A stretch of 64,000 bases of DNA from Octopus bimaculoides (GCF_001194135.2 NC_068981.1:147873321-147937320); one strand, 5' to 3'. Positions 12,106 to 25,171 are shown, counted from the first letter of the stretch. Translations and numbers: made by a program. Notes: generated by a model from the letters alone, not told the origin.

Positions 12106-12873
12106 ATGTCTACGCTTATCCATTTCTTTCCATTTACTTTGCAGTGTGCCTCCATTACTACATACTATCCTATATACCTTTCTGCTTTTAAGACTGTAGG
12201 GTGAAGTTTGACAGATGTCTGACTACTTTTTCTATCAAGTCTAGTGGTCACATGGAAGTGCCATTATTAAAGCTAATAGTGGAAAGATAATGTAAAATAC
12301 CAGAGAAGAAATTAAACTAAAAAACCATGAAAAAAAGTGAAGAAATCTTTCTTTAAACAATTAATATTAATGGGGGTTTTGCCCTTTTTTCATTGTACAT
12401 TGATTTCTTTATGCTGTCATTATTTAGCCAGGTCTCTGCCTCAATTTAAAACCCAACTGAACCAGGTCTATAAATCTGTAGCAGGTCTCTGTTTAACTGG
12501 AAACATGACAAAACACCAAGTGACACACAGAGCAAACAAGTATAGAAGTGAATGTGAAACCCAGTTGATATGTGTGTGTAAATGAACAAGATTTGGAGAC
12601 AAGGAGGGAAGGAGTTTGATTAGCAGGTTCCATTTCAGGAACTTAGTGATCTGTACAGTCTTCACTGTGATCACAATCAAAATGCTGAATTCTAAACAGA
12701 ACAGTCAACTTTAACACATTCACAACTTCTACATACATATTTTTGAATTTCTTTCTGGACACATATTCTTCCATTATGAACAACACTTTTCAATCTCCTT
12801 TGGTTTCATTAGGGATGGTCATATTTTGCCAATTAAACACACGCACTATATATCTGGTCTTCACTTCAGTTTT

Positions 12874-13110
12874 CATCATCATCATCATATAACGTTTGTT
12901 GTCCATATTGGCATGGATTGGACAGTTTGACCAGAGCTGGTAAGCTGAGGACTGTACCAGGCTCCAGCCTGATTTGACATGGTTTCCATGGCTGGATGCC
13001 CTTCCTAATGCCAACCACTCCAAGAGTGTAATGGGTGTTTTTACACGCCACCAGCATGGGTGCGAGGTGCATGACACCAGTATTTGCCATAACTATGATT
13101 ACACTTGGCT
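12874..13110 (-). mobile_element. RTE 3' end fragment
   Basis: (CAT)n tail plus CTGGATGCCCTTCCTAATGCCAACCAC motif. Confidence 0.75.
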
Positions 13111-13259
13111 TTTATTATTATTTTAGTTTCTATGTCGAAGTTCTTTTGTCACACATTGGTTTCTTTCCCTTGAAACAGTAGTGTTCCTTTGAAATTATTA
13201 ACCATAAAACAGAAGCTAAAACTGAAGACTACATTTTGCATTCATCTAACATCACATTA

Positions 13260-13293
<34 letters not shown>

Positions 13294-13443
13294 GTTTAAC
13301 GTCCGCTTTCCATGCTAGCATGGGTTGGACGACTTGACTGAGGACTGGTGAAACCGGATGGCAACACCAGGCTCCAATCTAAATTTGGCAGAGTTTCTAC
13401 AGCTGGATGCCCTTCCTAACGCCAACCATTCAGAGAGTGTAGT
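13260..13443 (-). mobile_element. Young RTE 3' end fragment
   Basis: Nearly identical to 27400-27565. Confidence 0.85.
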
Positions 13444-13496
13444 ATACATAACTGTTAAAACTCTTTTAGAGATACTTGCTCTATCGAAGGTACTCT

Positions 13497-13912
13497 TTAC
13501 TCTCTTTTACTCTTTTACTTGTTTCAGTCATTTGACTGTGACCATGCTGGAGCACCGCCTTTAGTCGAGCAAATCGACCCCAGGACTTATTCTTTGGAAG
13601 CCTAGTACTTATTCTATTGGTCTCTTTTTGCCAAACTGCTAAGTTACGGGGATGTAAACACACCACCATCGGTTGTCAAGCGATGTTGGGGGAACAAACA
13701 CAGACACACAAACATATACACACACATATACACATATATACATATATATGACAGGCTTCTTTCAGTTTCCGTCTACCAAATCCACTCACAAGGCTTTGGT
13801 CAGCCCGAGGCTATAGTAGAAGACACTTGCCCAAGGTGCCACGCAGTGGGAATGAACCCAGAACCATGTGGTTGGTAAGCAAGCTACTTACCACACAGCC
13901 ACTCCTGCGCCT
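13497..13912 (-). mobile_element. SINE-A, full length, low divergence
   Basis: tRNA-like head (GGCTGTGTGGTAAGTAGC...GGGTTCATTCCC), CTTGGGCAAGTG core, internal (TA/CA)n, (GTAAAAGA)n tail. Confidence 0.9.
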
Positions 13913-14011
13913 ATGTGCAAAACAAATAATCTTGCTGTGAAATGAAAAATCTCAGAGGATATACAGCAAGTTGTACATAGAACAAACAAACGTCGAAAGG
14001 AGCCTCTACAT

Positions 14012-14324
14012 CAGTGATTTCCAAAGTCGGCATTACTGGCTCCCTACTGCCTCCCTAAGAGCAGTGGAAAGGTCTGAGGGTGGGATGGGGTTGGGGGCAT
14101 TGAAGAAAAGTGGGGTGATAATGGGGTTGCCAAAAGGGGGTGGTAGATGTAAAAACAACAAAATAATGGGTTAATTAGGTTAGGTTTTATTTGTGAAATA
14201 CAGTTGTTCTGAATTTGCTGCAGGAAGTGGTCTATGTCTGTGGGGGTGAGTTGGGGTGAGGGGCGCTAGGAATATGGCCTGGGTATTAAAGGGACAGCAG
14301 CCCAAAAAAGTTTTGGATCCACTG
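14012..14324. mobile_element. hAT-type MITE
   Basis: CAGTG...CACTG ends; 8-bp flanks CTCTACAT / TTGTACAT (6/8 identical, central TA); G-rich interior. Confidence 0.65.
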
Positions 14325-14663
14325 TTGTACATGATCATTAGACCAACTTGAAACAGCTTCTTGAAGTAGAGATGAGGTGGAAGAAAAACTGGGTGTAAGA
14401 GGAATCAGTTGTAGTATGCAAGAGAGATAGCTAGTTCATATAGATCTGTAATATATATGGATGATGACAGATGGGTGAAGAAGTGCCAAGTGATTCATGA
14501 GGAAAGAAGTCACTCCGAATTCTGGCCCACAGATAAAAAGTCTCCTTACATTGCCTTTCTACTGTAGTGACTAAGCTGTTTAGCAAGTCTCCTATAGTGA
14601 CTAAGCTGTTTAGCAAGTCTCCTGCCATCTCAAACTCTCCTAATTCATTCATTTCTTCTCCTC

Positions 14664-15039
14664 TTATTACTACCTTTGCCTTAGCGAAGGTGGAGGTATT
14701 GTTTTCAGTCGTGTTCCTTTGTTTGTTTGTCTGTGGACAAGATATCTCAAGAACTGCTGGATGGATGCGGATGAAACTTTCAGGGATATTTGACCTCGTG
14801 ATTGGCATGAACTGATTAGATTTTGGGATTGATCCAGTACTGGACAAGGATTCTGGATTATTTTTCTGTTTTTTTTTCTTAATTTTTGAGAGCAGTTGGA
14901 TTCATTTTTAGTATTCTCGTTTGTGAGAGCAGTTGAGTTTATTTTAAATATTCTCATTTTAAAAATCACCTCTGGCTAATCGTTGAGAGGACATTGGTGT
15001 TGTCTTGGTGGAGGTTTGTGCTCTCTGAGTGCTCTTGTT
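14664..15039 (+). mobile_element. Helentron-associated non-autonomous element (HINE-like)
   Basis: Starts and ends at TT. 5' palindrome ACCTTTGCC-TTAGCGAA-GGTGGAGGT; 3' subterminal GGTGGAGGT followed by hairpin GTGCTC-TCT-GAGTGC; internal (TTTG) motif. Confidence 0.65.
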
Positions 15040-15117
15040 CATATTGTATCTGTTTCACAGGCTTAATATAAACCACTACATCCAGTTCTTCCATCTCAAA
15101 ATGTCAGCCCTCTGGAA

Positions 15118-15485
15118 TTACTTGTTTCAGTCATTAGACTGCAGCCATACTGGGGCACCACTTTGAAGAATTTTTAGTCAAATGAATCAACTTTAGTACT
15201 TATTGTTTCTAAGTTTGATACTTATTCTATCAGCCACTTTTGCCAAACTGCTAAGTTATGAGGATGCACACACCAACACTGATTTATTAAGCAGTAGCGG
15301 AGAACAAACACAGACAGAAAAACATACATATATGATGGACTTCTTTCAGTTTCCATCTACCAAATCCACTCACGCGGCTTGAAACTATAGCTGAAGACAC
15401 TTACCCAAAGTGCCATGCAGTGGGACTGAACCCGGAATTGTGTGGTTGGGAAGCAAACCTTTTACCTTACAGCCATGCCAATGCC
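15118..15485 (-). mobile_element. SINE-A
   Basis: Colinear, older copy. Confidence 0.85.
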
Positions 15486-15500
15486 TAAAAAATAGAGCCA

Positions 15501-15562
15501 TTCCCATGCTGGAAATTGAACCCAGGTTGCCTGGGTGAAAGGAATCTTAACCACTAGCTTAT
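15501..15562 (-). pseudogene. tRNA-Glu(TTC)-derived pseudogene
   Basis: Minus strand CTAGTGGTTAAGATTCC-TTTCACCCAGGCAACCTGGGTTCAATTTCCAGCATGGGAA matches the eukaryotic tRNA-Glu layout, with a deletion in the anticodon stem and a broken acceptor stem. Confidence 0.7.
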
Positions 15563-16294
15563 GTTCTTTTCCTGCAGCCATCAACTTTCAACTAGGAATA
15601 ATAATCTTGTTAATCTCACCAGTCTTACAAGACTTGCAAAGGCATGGATATGACCCCTTGCTCCAGATCAAATCAGTAATGTTTTTTTTTTTTTTTCGTT
15701 TTTTAATCTAAATAAACTCGAAATTTCTATTATGTTACTAATCCATCAATTTTGGGTTTAGACAGAGATTAAATGTTGAACAATTAGATAATGAACTTCT
15801 CATTAATTATCATATTAATCAATTCCCATTCCCTTGATAGTTAAATTATAACTATACTGAAACATGTAGAGTTAAAAGCTTTGCCCAAGGTTACAATATA
15901 GGATCACTTATTAATTATACTACTGAGACTCAATACATTTATTTCTAACTATTCCATTAATCAACTACCATTAACTATTTTATATTTTCTGCTATAGACT
16001 ATTTTTGTATTTTCCTGTATTTTACATTCTTTCTTTTGTGACAGAATGTGTATTTGAAAGCTTCCTCAGATTTGGATATTGGAATATTGTGGGAGTAAAT
16101 GTTTTTATAGCTGAATAGTTTCACTGGTTCAAAACACTCAACAGTGATGAGCCAGTGAGGAAGCCTCCACTGGGTTATTTCACCTGTTAGATACAGCAGT
16201 CAAATATCCCTCATATTACCAGAATAAGTCCAGGACTTTATCAGTCTCTTCTGCTGAACTGTTGTCAAGTTGTGTGTAGGGAGACAAACAAAAA

Positions 16295-16337
<43 letters not shown>

Positions 16338-16689
16338 ACACACGTACACATACACACATACAAAAACATATACCATCTTACATAAGAAAGAACCTATTTG
16401 ATGATGAAGTTCTTGACACATTGTCTTGACAAGAGAAACATGTATGGTTACATTTGGAATGCATTTATCATAAATCTACATGATGAAGGATGACCTGAAG
16501 CTAAACAGAAACATCTATACATAGCCCCTACTTTCAGTGAACCAAACTAAAGCATGTATCAAAAGTGTCTTCACTAGAATCCTAAATTACTGTATCAAGG
16601 TTTCAAATCATGAACATGCTGGCATCTAAAATGCATATTCAGGCATCCAAGTTGTTCTCAGAAATATGATTTGTAGAATGCATGGAATT

Positions 16690-17290
16690 TGAAATTTGAA
16701 ATCTGAAATCGAAATTGAACCGAATCCGACGACTGGCACCCATGCCAACCTTTCCTTCATTGAACACTAAACTCTGCTTGTGAAGACCTGTTGGGGAAAG
16801 TGAAATCATAATTGAACCATACTTGATGACTGGCACTGTGCCAGTGGAGCACTAACAGCACTGTCGAGCGTGTTCATTGCCAGAGCAGCTGTCTGGCTTC
16901 CATACTAGTGGCCCGTAAATAGCACCATTAGAGCGTAATAGCTACCAGTGTTGCCTTCTAGCACTTGTGCTGGTGGCACGTTAGAAAACCATTCAAGCGG
17001 GGTCGTTGCCAGTGCCACTGGACTGGTTCCCATGCTGGTTGCATGTAAAAAGCACCATTCAAGCATGGTCGTTGCCAGTGCTACCTGACTGACCTTTGTG
17101 CCGGTGGTACGTATAAGCACCCACTACACTCTCGGAGTGGTTGGCGTTAGGAAGGGCATCTAGCTGTAGAAACTCTCCCAGATCAGATTGGAGCCTGGTG
17201 CAGCCTTCTGGCTTGCCAGTCCAGTCCTCAGTGAAATCGTCCAACCCATGCTAGCATGGAAAGCGGACATTAAATGATAATGATGATGAT
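16690..17290 (+). mobile_element. RTE 3' UTR with internal tandem units and (GAT)n tail
   Basis: Repeated GTCGTTGCCAGTGC...GTGCCGGTGGCACGTAAAAAGCACC units; 3' end shared with 47230-47552. Confidence 0.8.
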
Positions 17291-17680
17291 GGCTGTGTGG
17301 TTAAGAAGCTTGTTTTGCAATCACATGATTTGGGGTTCAGTCCTACTACATGGCACCCTCAGATAAATATCCTCTGCTATAGCCCCAGGATAACCAACGT
17401 CGTATGAATGGATTTAGAGGGGGGGAAACACTGTGGAAGTCTGTCATACATAATGTGTGTGTGTGTGTGTGTACATGTGTGTGTATCTTTGTGTTTGTTC
17501 CTCTACACACAGCTTGATGACTGGTGTTGCTTTGTTTACATCCATATAACTTAACAAAAGACACTGATAAAGTACCAGACTTATTCCAGTACTGGTGTCG
17601 GTTTGTTTGACTAAATCCTTCAAGGTGATGCCCCAACATGGCTACAGATAAATGACTGAACCAAGTAAAAGATAAAAGAT
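17291..17680 (+). mobile_element. SINE-A
   Basis: Colinear, older copy. Confidence 0.85.
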
Positions 17681-18192
17681 ATTCCTAAGCATGTAGATAG
17701 ATGAATACAGAAAACAGGAGAAAGGAATTGGGAGGTCACAACTTATGTACTACATACATGTGATTAGAATGTCACAGGAAAGAATTGCAGGACAGATTTT
17801 TCAAGCCAAGCCAAGTGCCAGGAGACCTAGGGGTACACCAAGAACAAAATGAACAGATAATATCCATAGTCTCAGTTGCTCATGTTTGGCAATCCAGCTC
17901 GAAAATCAAATGACAGCTGTTTCTGATAGGACCCTACGGAGGAACTGCCAGAGGACTCTACTCAGGAATAGTGGGCAAAGAAGATCATCATCGTTTAACT
18001 TCCGCTTTCCATGCTAGCATGGGTTGGATGATTTGACTGAGGACTGGTGAACCAGATGGCTACACCAGGCTCCACCAAATGTTAGTATAATACAAGACTG
18101 TATTACACTTAAGGGGAACTTCTTAACCATGCCTATACCCTAATTTCATTTAGAAAATAAATTCAGTAGTTGGAGAAGAATCTAAAATGGTG

Positions 18193-18252
<60 letters not shown>

Positions 18253-19719
18253 AAACAAAAATTTTGAGAAAAATACACCAACAATGAGTTGAGCTAATGA
18301 GGGAATGTTTCTGTGGTCAGTCGACCAGCAAGAAATAGCAGCTAAAATCTTCCTGAGATCATGCCCAACTGTCTTTAAACTTGTATTAAAAAAAAGCACA
18401 CTGAATGACGTAGTCCAAAATAGAATATGTAGTATGAAAAGAAAGAAGATGAAGTGGTCATGGCTGGAATGCCTTTGATCATAAGTCTACTTGATGAAAG
18501 TTGACCCAGATCTAAACAGCTATAACAGCACAATAAGAGTAACTTGCCTCAATGTTGTTACAAAGTCAATTAACTGAAGTTTATTAAGTCTCTCTCTCTC
18601 GAGAGAGCTATTATTTCTGAACAATACTCATTTGGCTGTCCCTCAATAATGTTTCCCTTTGTCAAGATACCTAAGTAATGTCACCCTGTCCAGCTAAGAT
18701 AATTTGCAGCTATTAACCTAGTCAAAATTATTCAACTTTATAGACATCAAATCATTGTAGCGTGGAAACTTAGAAAAATCACTTCAAAATATTTTAGAAT
18801 GAGATTCTAATTTAATGAGAGTTTGTAAAATTACATTATTCTATTACAAAATTACTTTTAATTATATCATATCATTAAGCCATTACAGTGGCTAATTATT
18901 GCTTTCATATTAATTCTATGCCTCATTTTATCATATCACTGGTATTCTGTTTTCATATCAATTATTACCTTCATATGATACTACTTTATGACTGACCCTA
19001 CATGTAGTATACCATACTTTCTATATTATTTGTTTACTGTACATATCAGACAATGAGGAAACTGCTACATGGTAATTCAAGCTGCTACAAATAACAACCA
19101 AACCTCTTATTTCATATGCTTTCATCATCATCATCGTCGTTGTTTAACATTTGTTTGATGATGATAGTGATGATGGGGGTGGGGTGGTGCTGCTGCTGCT
19201 GTTGTTGGTAGCATATATTTTGAGGGAGATTTGGTTGCTACTCATAGCAGTGTTGAATTGTCATGTTTAGAGGTTCCCTAGAAGGAGACAGTGTATGATG
19301 ACCTTGATACACAATATCAGGATGAAAGATGGGACAGATGCACCAGGAATGATTTAGATCAAAGCTCTGCACAAACAAGGCTTACCTGGAACTAAACAAC
19401 AATAAGTATAATAAGCCTCATTCATGGTCAGATAGTTAAGAAATGAATTTCTCAATCATGAGAGCCTGTGTTCAATCCTGCTGTGTGGTATCTTGATCAA
19501 GTAATTTCTATCTAAGCCTCAAGTTGACCCAAACCTCAATGAGTACAAGTGATCAGAGAGAAACTACTGAATGGATTGCAAGTTAGCCTTGTTACACGTT
19601 TATATGGATTTTGGCTGAGGATCACATTAAGGATACAAGTGCTTATAGAATACTCAACCATTTACACTATAATTTAATGAGTCAGTATTTTTGTTGATTG
19701 AATAACACAAACATCCTGG

Positions 19720-19929
19720 CAGAAACGTTAGCACGCCGGGCGAAATGCTTAGCAGTGTATCGTCTGCCGTTACATTCTGAGTTCAGATTCCGCCGAGGTC
19801 CACTTTGCCTCTCATCCTTTCGGGGTCGATAAATTTAGTACCAGTTACGCACTGGGGTCGATATAATCGACTTTGTCTGTCCTTGTTTGTCCCCTCTATG
19901 TTTAGCCCCTTGTGGGCAATAAAGAAATA
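19720..19929 (+). mobile_element. SINE-B with 13-bp TSD
   Basis: TSD ACAAACATCCTGG at 19707-19719 and 19930-19942. Confidence 0.9.
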
Positions 19930-19989
19930 ACAAACATCCTGGACTACATCCACAAAAAGACTAATTGACTGACATGCCTTAAATCACTA

Positions 19990-20295
19990 ACAGGCACACT
20001 CTTAATTCTTGTCCATGTGTGTTCTATCTCTTCTCACTCTTTTTCATTATTACTATAAATCACTAGTCTCAAACCTCCTCTACTCAGGCACCCTTGATTT
20101 TCTTATCTCTTCACCTCTTGTCACCTTTGCTGCATCCAACTACTCACCCATCCAATACTACACTAAGCACTTTAAACCAAGTTCTTCTTCTCCAGAATAT
20201 CAACCCACTGGAATTTTCTCCCTGCTCACGTCTTTTCTGCAGGTGTTAACTTGCAAAATTTTAAATGGAACATTAACGGCATCAAGTTTGGGGTC
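19990..20295 (+). mobile_element. CR1/Jockey-group LINE ORF2 C-terminal remnant
   Basis: Translates to SLLTLFHYYY...FFSRISTHWNFLPAHVFSAGVNLQNFKWNINGI, matching the conserved SFFPRTxxLWNSLPxxVFPxxxNLxxFK end. Confidence 0.75.
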
Positions 20296-20953
20296 ATCGA
20301 CAGCCTTGATCTACTCTCAAACTTGGAACAGGCAAAATGAGCCACTCCTCTCCTGATTGGAGGTGGCTGTTTTGCAGACATAATGAATACACAGTGCCAA
20401 GATAGACTTGAGTTCTATTTTCACTCATTAGATTTTCACTCAGTGTATTAAACAACGAGGATATAGTAGAAGACATTCACCTGAGATACTACCCATTGGG
20501 GCTAAACCCAGAGCCATATGGTTATGAAGCAACCTTTCTAACTATACAGCCCCTATACTGCTATTTTATTTTTAATTCTTTTTTTAAGAGCTAACAACTC
20601 AGTGAGACAGCTAGTATAGTTCTTTAATAGGGACTGAGGGCTCAAGTGTAGCCATTAGAACTTCTCTCTAATATGGATATGAAAATAAAGATGTAATGCA
20701 GTATATCAAAATTTACCAATGTAGTTGTACAGTTGAAGAATAATATTTACAAATAAATAATGTCTTTCGTTTCATTCTATAAATAAGAGTGGTAACATTT
20801 TGATGTGAAGTGAAAAATAGAAAGATAAGAGCTCCCAAGACAGAAAAGGTAGCAAATATATAATCAAGGAAGATAGTTTCACAGATGCTGTCTACAAAGA
20901 TTGCATGTTCAATATAACCTATGCAGACTTTTACACCATCTAAAGAATCAAAT

Positions 20954-20988
<35 letters not shown>

Positions 20989-21082
20989 GCACGCACGCAC
21001 GCACATATATAGTTCAAATTTACAGAAAACAAAAGACAGGTGAGGGAACAACAATGTATGTATATATCTATCTGTGTATATA

Positions 21083-21958
21083 CAGGGTGCGATGGGTAAA
21101 TTGTTGCCATTTTATGGCTTTAATTTCGCACGTGCACATTGTTTGTTTTTGATTTTATCAACTACACTGTATAGTAGAGTCAGTTGGGCACTGTCTGTGA
21201 GAAAAACAGCACTATGACGCAATTCACTCTGCCAGAAATTTGGAAACAAAAAGCTGTACTGCTTGGCATTCACATCCGAAGCTTCAATATGAACATTTCA
21301 GAGTGTTTGGTGCCAATCTGAGGGCAGTGCATGTACCGAGAGTGATAAAAATCAAACATTCACTCAACATCATGGTATTTGGAGTGATCACTTGTGATGA
21401 TGATGTTATGCCTCCATTCATCTTCGCACATGGCCTCAAACTCAACACAGAGGCTTACATCAAGTACCTGGAGGAGGTAGTGCTGCCCTGGGTCAAGAGG
21501 GTGGCTACTGGAGGACCCTATGTCTGGCAATGGGACTCTGCCCCATGCCACACAAGCAGGAGAACCCAGTCACGGCTGTCAAACAATTTCTGTAACCACA
21601 TCACCCGTAACATCTTGCCACCTAACTCTCCAGACTGCAACCCCTTGATTATTATGTGTGGGCCACAGTTGAACTAGAGACCAACAAAACTCCTTGTAAC
21701 ACCAAAGATGAACTGAAGGCAAGCATTATAGCAGCATTCACCAACTTAAACAAGGAGACCGTCCACAAGAGCTGCAGGAGATTCTGAAGTCATCTGGAGG
21801 GTGTGGTTGAAGCCAATGACGATTTTATTGAATAAATTTACTCTTTAGTATTTCAAGATATGTTTATGTAAATTTGGTAAATATATCTGTTAAAATGAGA
21901 TGTCAGTGTTATTTTCATTTTTGCACAATTTAGATGACAGTTTATTCACCGCACCCTG
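21083..21958 (+). mobile_element. Internally deleted DD37D (maT-type) Tc1/mariner element
   Basis: Imperfect TIRs CAGGGTGCG...CGCACCCTG with TA on the left. ORF 21240-21677 contains MVFGVIT, PYVWQWDSAPCHTS and PPNSPDCNPL(D), giving 37 aa between D2 and D3 across a frameshift. Confidence 0.9.
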
Positions 21959-22995
21959 TTGTGTATATATTTTGGTTCTCTATAACCTTTGAACCATACA
22001 GTTTTCAAAATAACTGTGGAATTTATATATAATATCAATATATAATATCGATAAAAAAAAAATTGTTCTTTTTTTTTTAAACAGATAATAGATATTTCTC
22101 AATTTGTCATTTTGTAATAGATCTTCAAATGGTGAACACCCCACTGATAAGCTCTTGACTATGAGGATTGTCTCCAATCATAGAAAATATTCCATAGTTA
22201 TTTTATTTTATTTATTTATTCTTTGCATGCTGGTATCATTGATATTCTCACATAAAAAGAAAACAAAATATCATAACAGTAAAAAAAAAAGTCTTCAATT
22301 ACCAACACTAACAGCAAATGGAAAATAGTTTTTTTCCAGTAGCTTCTGCTAAATAGTTGAATATTTCCCTGAAACTTTGTCAACTGACACATTAGTTCAG
22401 CAACAAGGCAGAAACTACTTTTGTTTCAATGTTAATGCAATGCAATTTCAACATCATTTTTTCTTTTCCATTTTAGTTTTTAAAAAAATATTTGAAACGA
22501 ACAATTTTTACAGAATCTTTCAGTTGAAAGAATCAAATGTCATTTTATATCCACCATTAAATATACTGGAGTGTGTTTTCAACTGTAAATATGCAGTATG
22601 TTAATTTTAAAAATTGGAAATTACCCGTGCAAATAATTAAGGGTAGGAAAATGTTTTATAACTTGAGAAAAATATATAATTTGATGAAATGCTTTACAAG
22701 TGTTCATTTTTTTCTTTTTTTTTTCAGCTTTTCCTTCTACAAGAGCAAGAAAATTGAAATGTTCTTGACAAATGTGATATTAATAAAAGTCCAAAAATGA
22801 AAGATCATTTACAAATTGCCACCCACTGAGAAGCTCCTATTTACAACCACTGAACATAAATGATGTATCATTTCTACAGAAAAGCAGTTCCTGAAAGATA
22901 TGTTAGATGTGTATAAAAATGAATTTTCATTGCTTCCAAATTTCTTTAGAATTTTTGGATTTTTCCTACTTTCTTATTCTCCTCACCCCTTCACC

Positions 22996-23041
<46 letters not shown>

Positions 23042-24760
23042 CTCTCTCTCTCTTTCGTTCTACTGTCACAGGTTCATTTTCTCTCTAATGTTATGTTGCT
23101 ATGGAACAAAAGAGGAAAAGGTAGAGATAAAGATTATTGATTGACTTATTTCATCAAAGAAAAACCAAATGAAACTATAACCAAAAATCAGTGAACTGAT
23201 TAGTATAGTAACATGATGGAAGAGCTAAAGCAAGGATGGAAGAATGTTGCCAAGAAATTTTATTGATTATCTCTTAATTTCTTTATCAAATTTTTTTTTT
23301 TCAGATAACTTTGTCAATATTTTGTGATTTCTGTTTCAGTAGAGTTTTTGCTTTCATTTATCAAGTTCCAAAACTGAGTCAAAATGTTAGAGTAGCAAAA
23401 TTAGAGAATAGCTAAAAGATAACTAAAATCTGAAATATTTTAGTAGTATTATAACACATTCTTAAAGGATGCAAAACAAAATTTGAGATCATGTAAAGTA
23501 TTCTTTCGATAATTTGAAATATTCAGCAAGGTGGGAGGGGGATACTCTATGATCATCTGAAATATTTCTTTAATAATCCTAACCTCTTAGAATACCAAAA
23601 GATGTTTTGAAAGGAAAGAAAATATTCCATTAAGATATGCGAAATGTGATACATATGAAATATCCTAAAAGAGGTATACTATTTTGAGAATGCGTAACGT
23701 TCGACAATGTGAAATGTGTATATGTACAATTTTTACTTTATGAAATGTGTGTGTTATTTCAGCAATGTGAAATATGTCAAAGAAAAATGTGTGTGTGTGT
23801 GTATGTGTGTGTGTGCACTTGATGGCAACAATGGGAAATGTCTATACACATGTGTTATTTCTGCATATGCACAATGAGCATTATTTATGCAGTATGTACA
23901 ACTGTGTTATTTATACAATGTGACCATGTCTGTAATTGTACAGTGTGTATGTGTTTGTTATCTTTACAATGTGAAAAGAATGTGTGAGCTTATTATTACT
24001 ACAATGTAAAATATGTGTTCTGCTTCCACAATAAAATATACATGTAAAATATGTTTACTTCTACAATGCAAAATATGTGTGTGCTATGCATATGTGTGTG
24101 CTATGCATATGTGTGTCATGAGTCAATATGGATGTAGCCTGAAGACCTATACATATTTGTCCCCTTTGGTGAATGGGGAGGGAGAATATTTTATATGCAC
24201 TGCTGGTATGTTCAATTCTTCATAATACATATAATATTATATCTTTTTTTTATACATTATTATATGTAATTACCAATATCTTTTACCACATTTTTTTAAG
24301 GAACAGCAGCACTATGTGATCACTCAATCTACTAGAAATAGCAATCAAATCTCCCTCAAAATACACCCTATCATTTTGAAAATTGAAAGGACACATGGGA
24401 TAATGAAGTACCATTTACCTGGTTGATCAAGGCTCGTTGATTATACCTGAAATGCCTTTGATCATTACATCAGTTCAATCAGAGGAGATTTAGGATTAAG
24501 CAAAATTGGCAATTTCCTTTATTTCTTTAATTTTCTTAATATTATTTTATCTTTTTATTTCATTTCATTTTATTTTATATTTTTCTCAAATATAAAATAA
24601 AATGAAAATATAAATATATATAAAAATATAAATAACATGGGTATTCCTTTTTTTTTCTTTCTAAAGTGTAAACCACCAATTACATTTTTTGGGGTTTTTC
24701 ATGTAACCACCTACTAGTCATTCCTTCAAAGTTTTCAAAATATACTTCTAGGTTTAGCTT

Positions 24761-25171
24761 GGCACTAGAGTCACATAAACAGCACTGGTGCTGGTGCCAT
24801 GAAAAAAGCATTGGTGCCGGTGTCACATAAAAAGCACTGGTAATGGTGTCATGAAAAAAGCATTGGTGCTGGTGCCAGTTAAAAAGCACTGGTAATGGTG
24901 CCATGAAAAAAGCATTGGTGCTGGTGCCACATAAAAAGCACTGGTGACGGTGCCACATAAGCAACACTGATGTTGGTGTCACATAAAAAGCACTGGTAAT
25001 GGTGCCATGAAAAAAGCACTGGTGATGGTGCCACATAAAAACCACCAGAGCTGGTGTCACATAAAAAGTACCAGAACTGGTGCTACATAAAAAGCTCCCA
25101 GTACGCACTGTAAAGTGGTTGGCATTAGAAATGGCATTCAGCTGTAGAAACCAAGACAAAACAGATGTTAA

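Noticed and set aside
14431-14847. 138-aa ORF containing an in-frame 30-bp tandem duplication
   Set aside because: The N-terminal half is HINE sequence and the rest has no recognisable homology.
20200-20310. Apparent minus-strand exon IKAVDDPKLDAVNVPFKILQVNTCRKD with a GTGAGC donor
   Set aside because: The opposite strand is a recognisable LINE ORF2 C-terminus.
24761-25100. CRISPR-like regular repeat array
   Set aside because: Units are contiguous with no unique spacers, there are no cas genes, and the context is eukaryotic.
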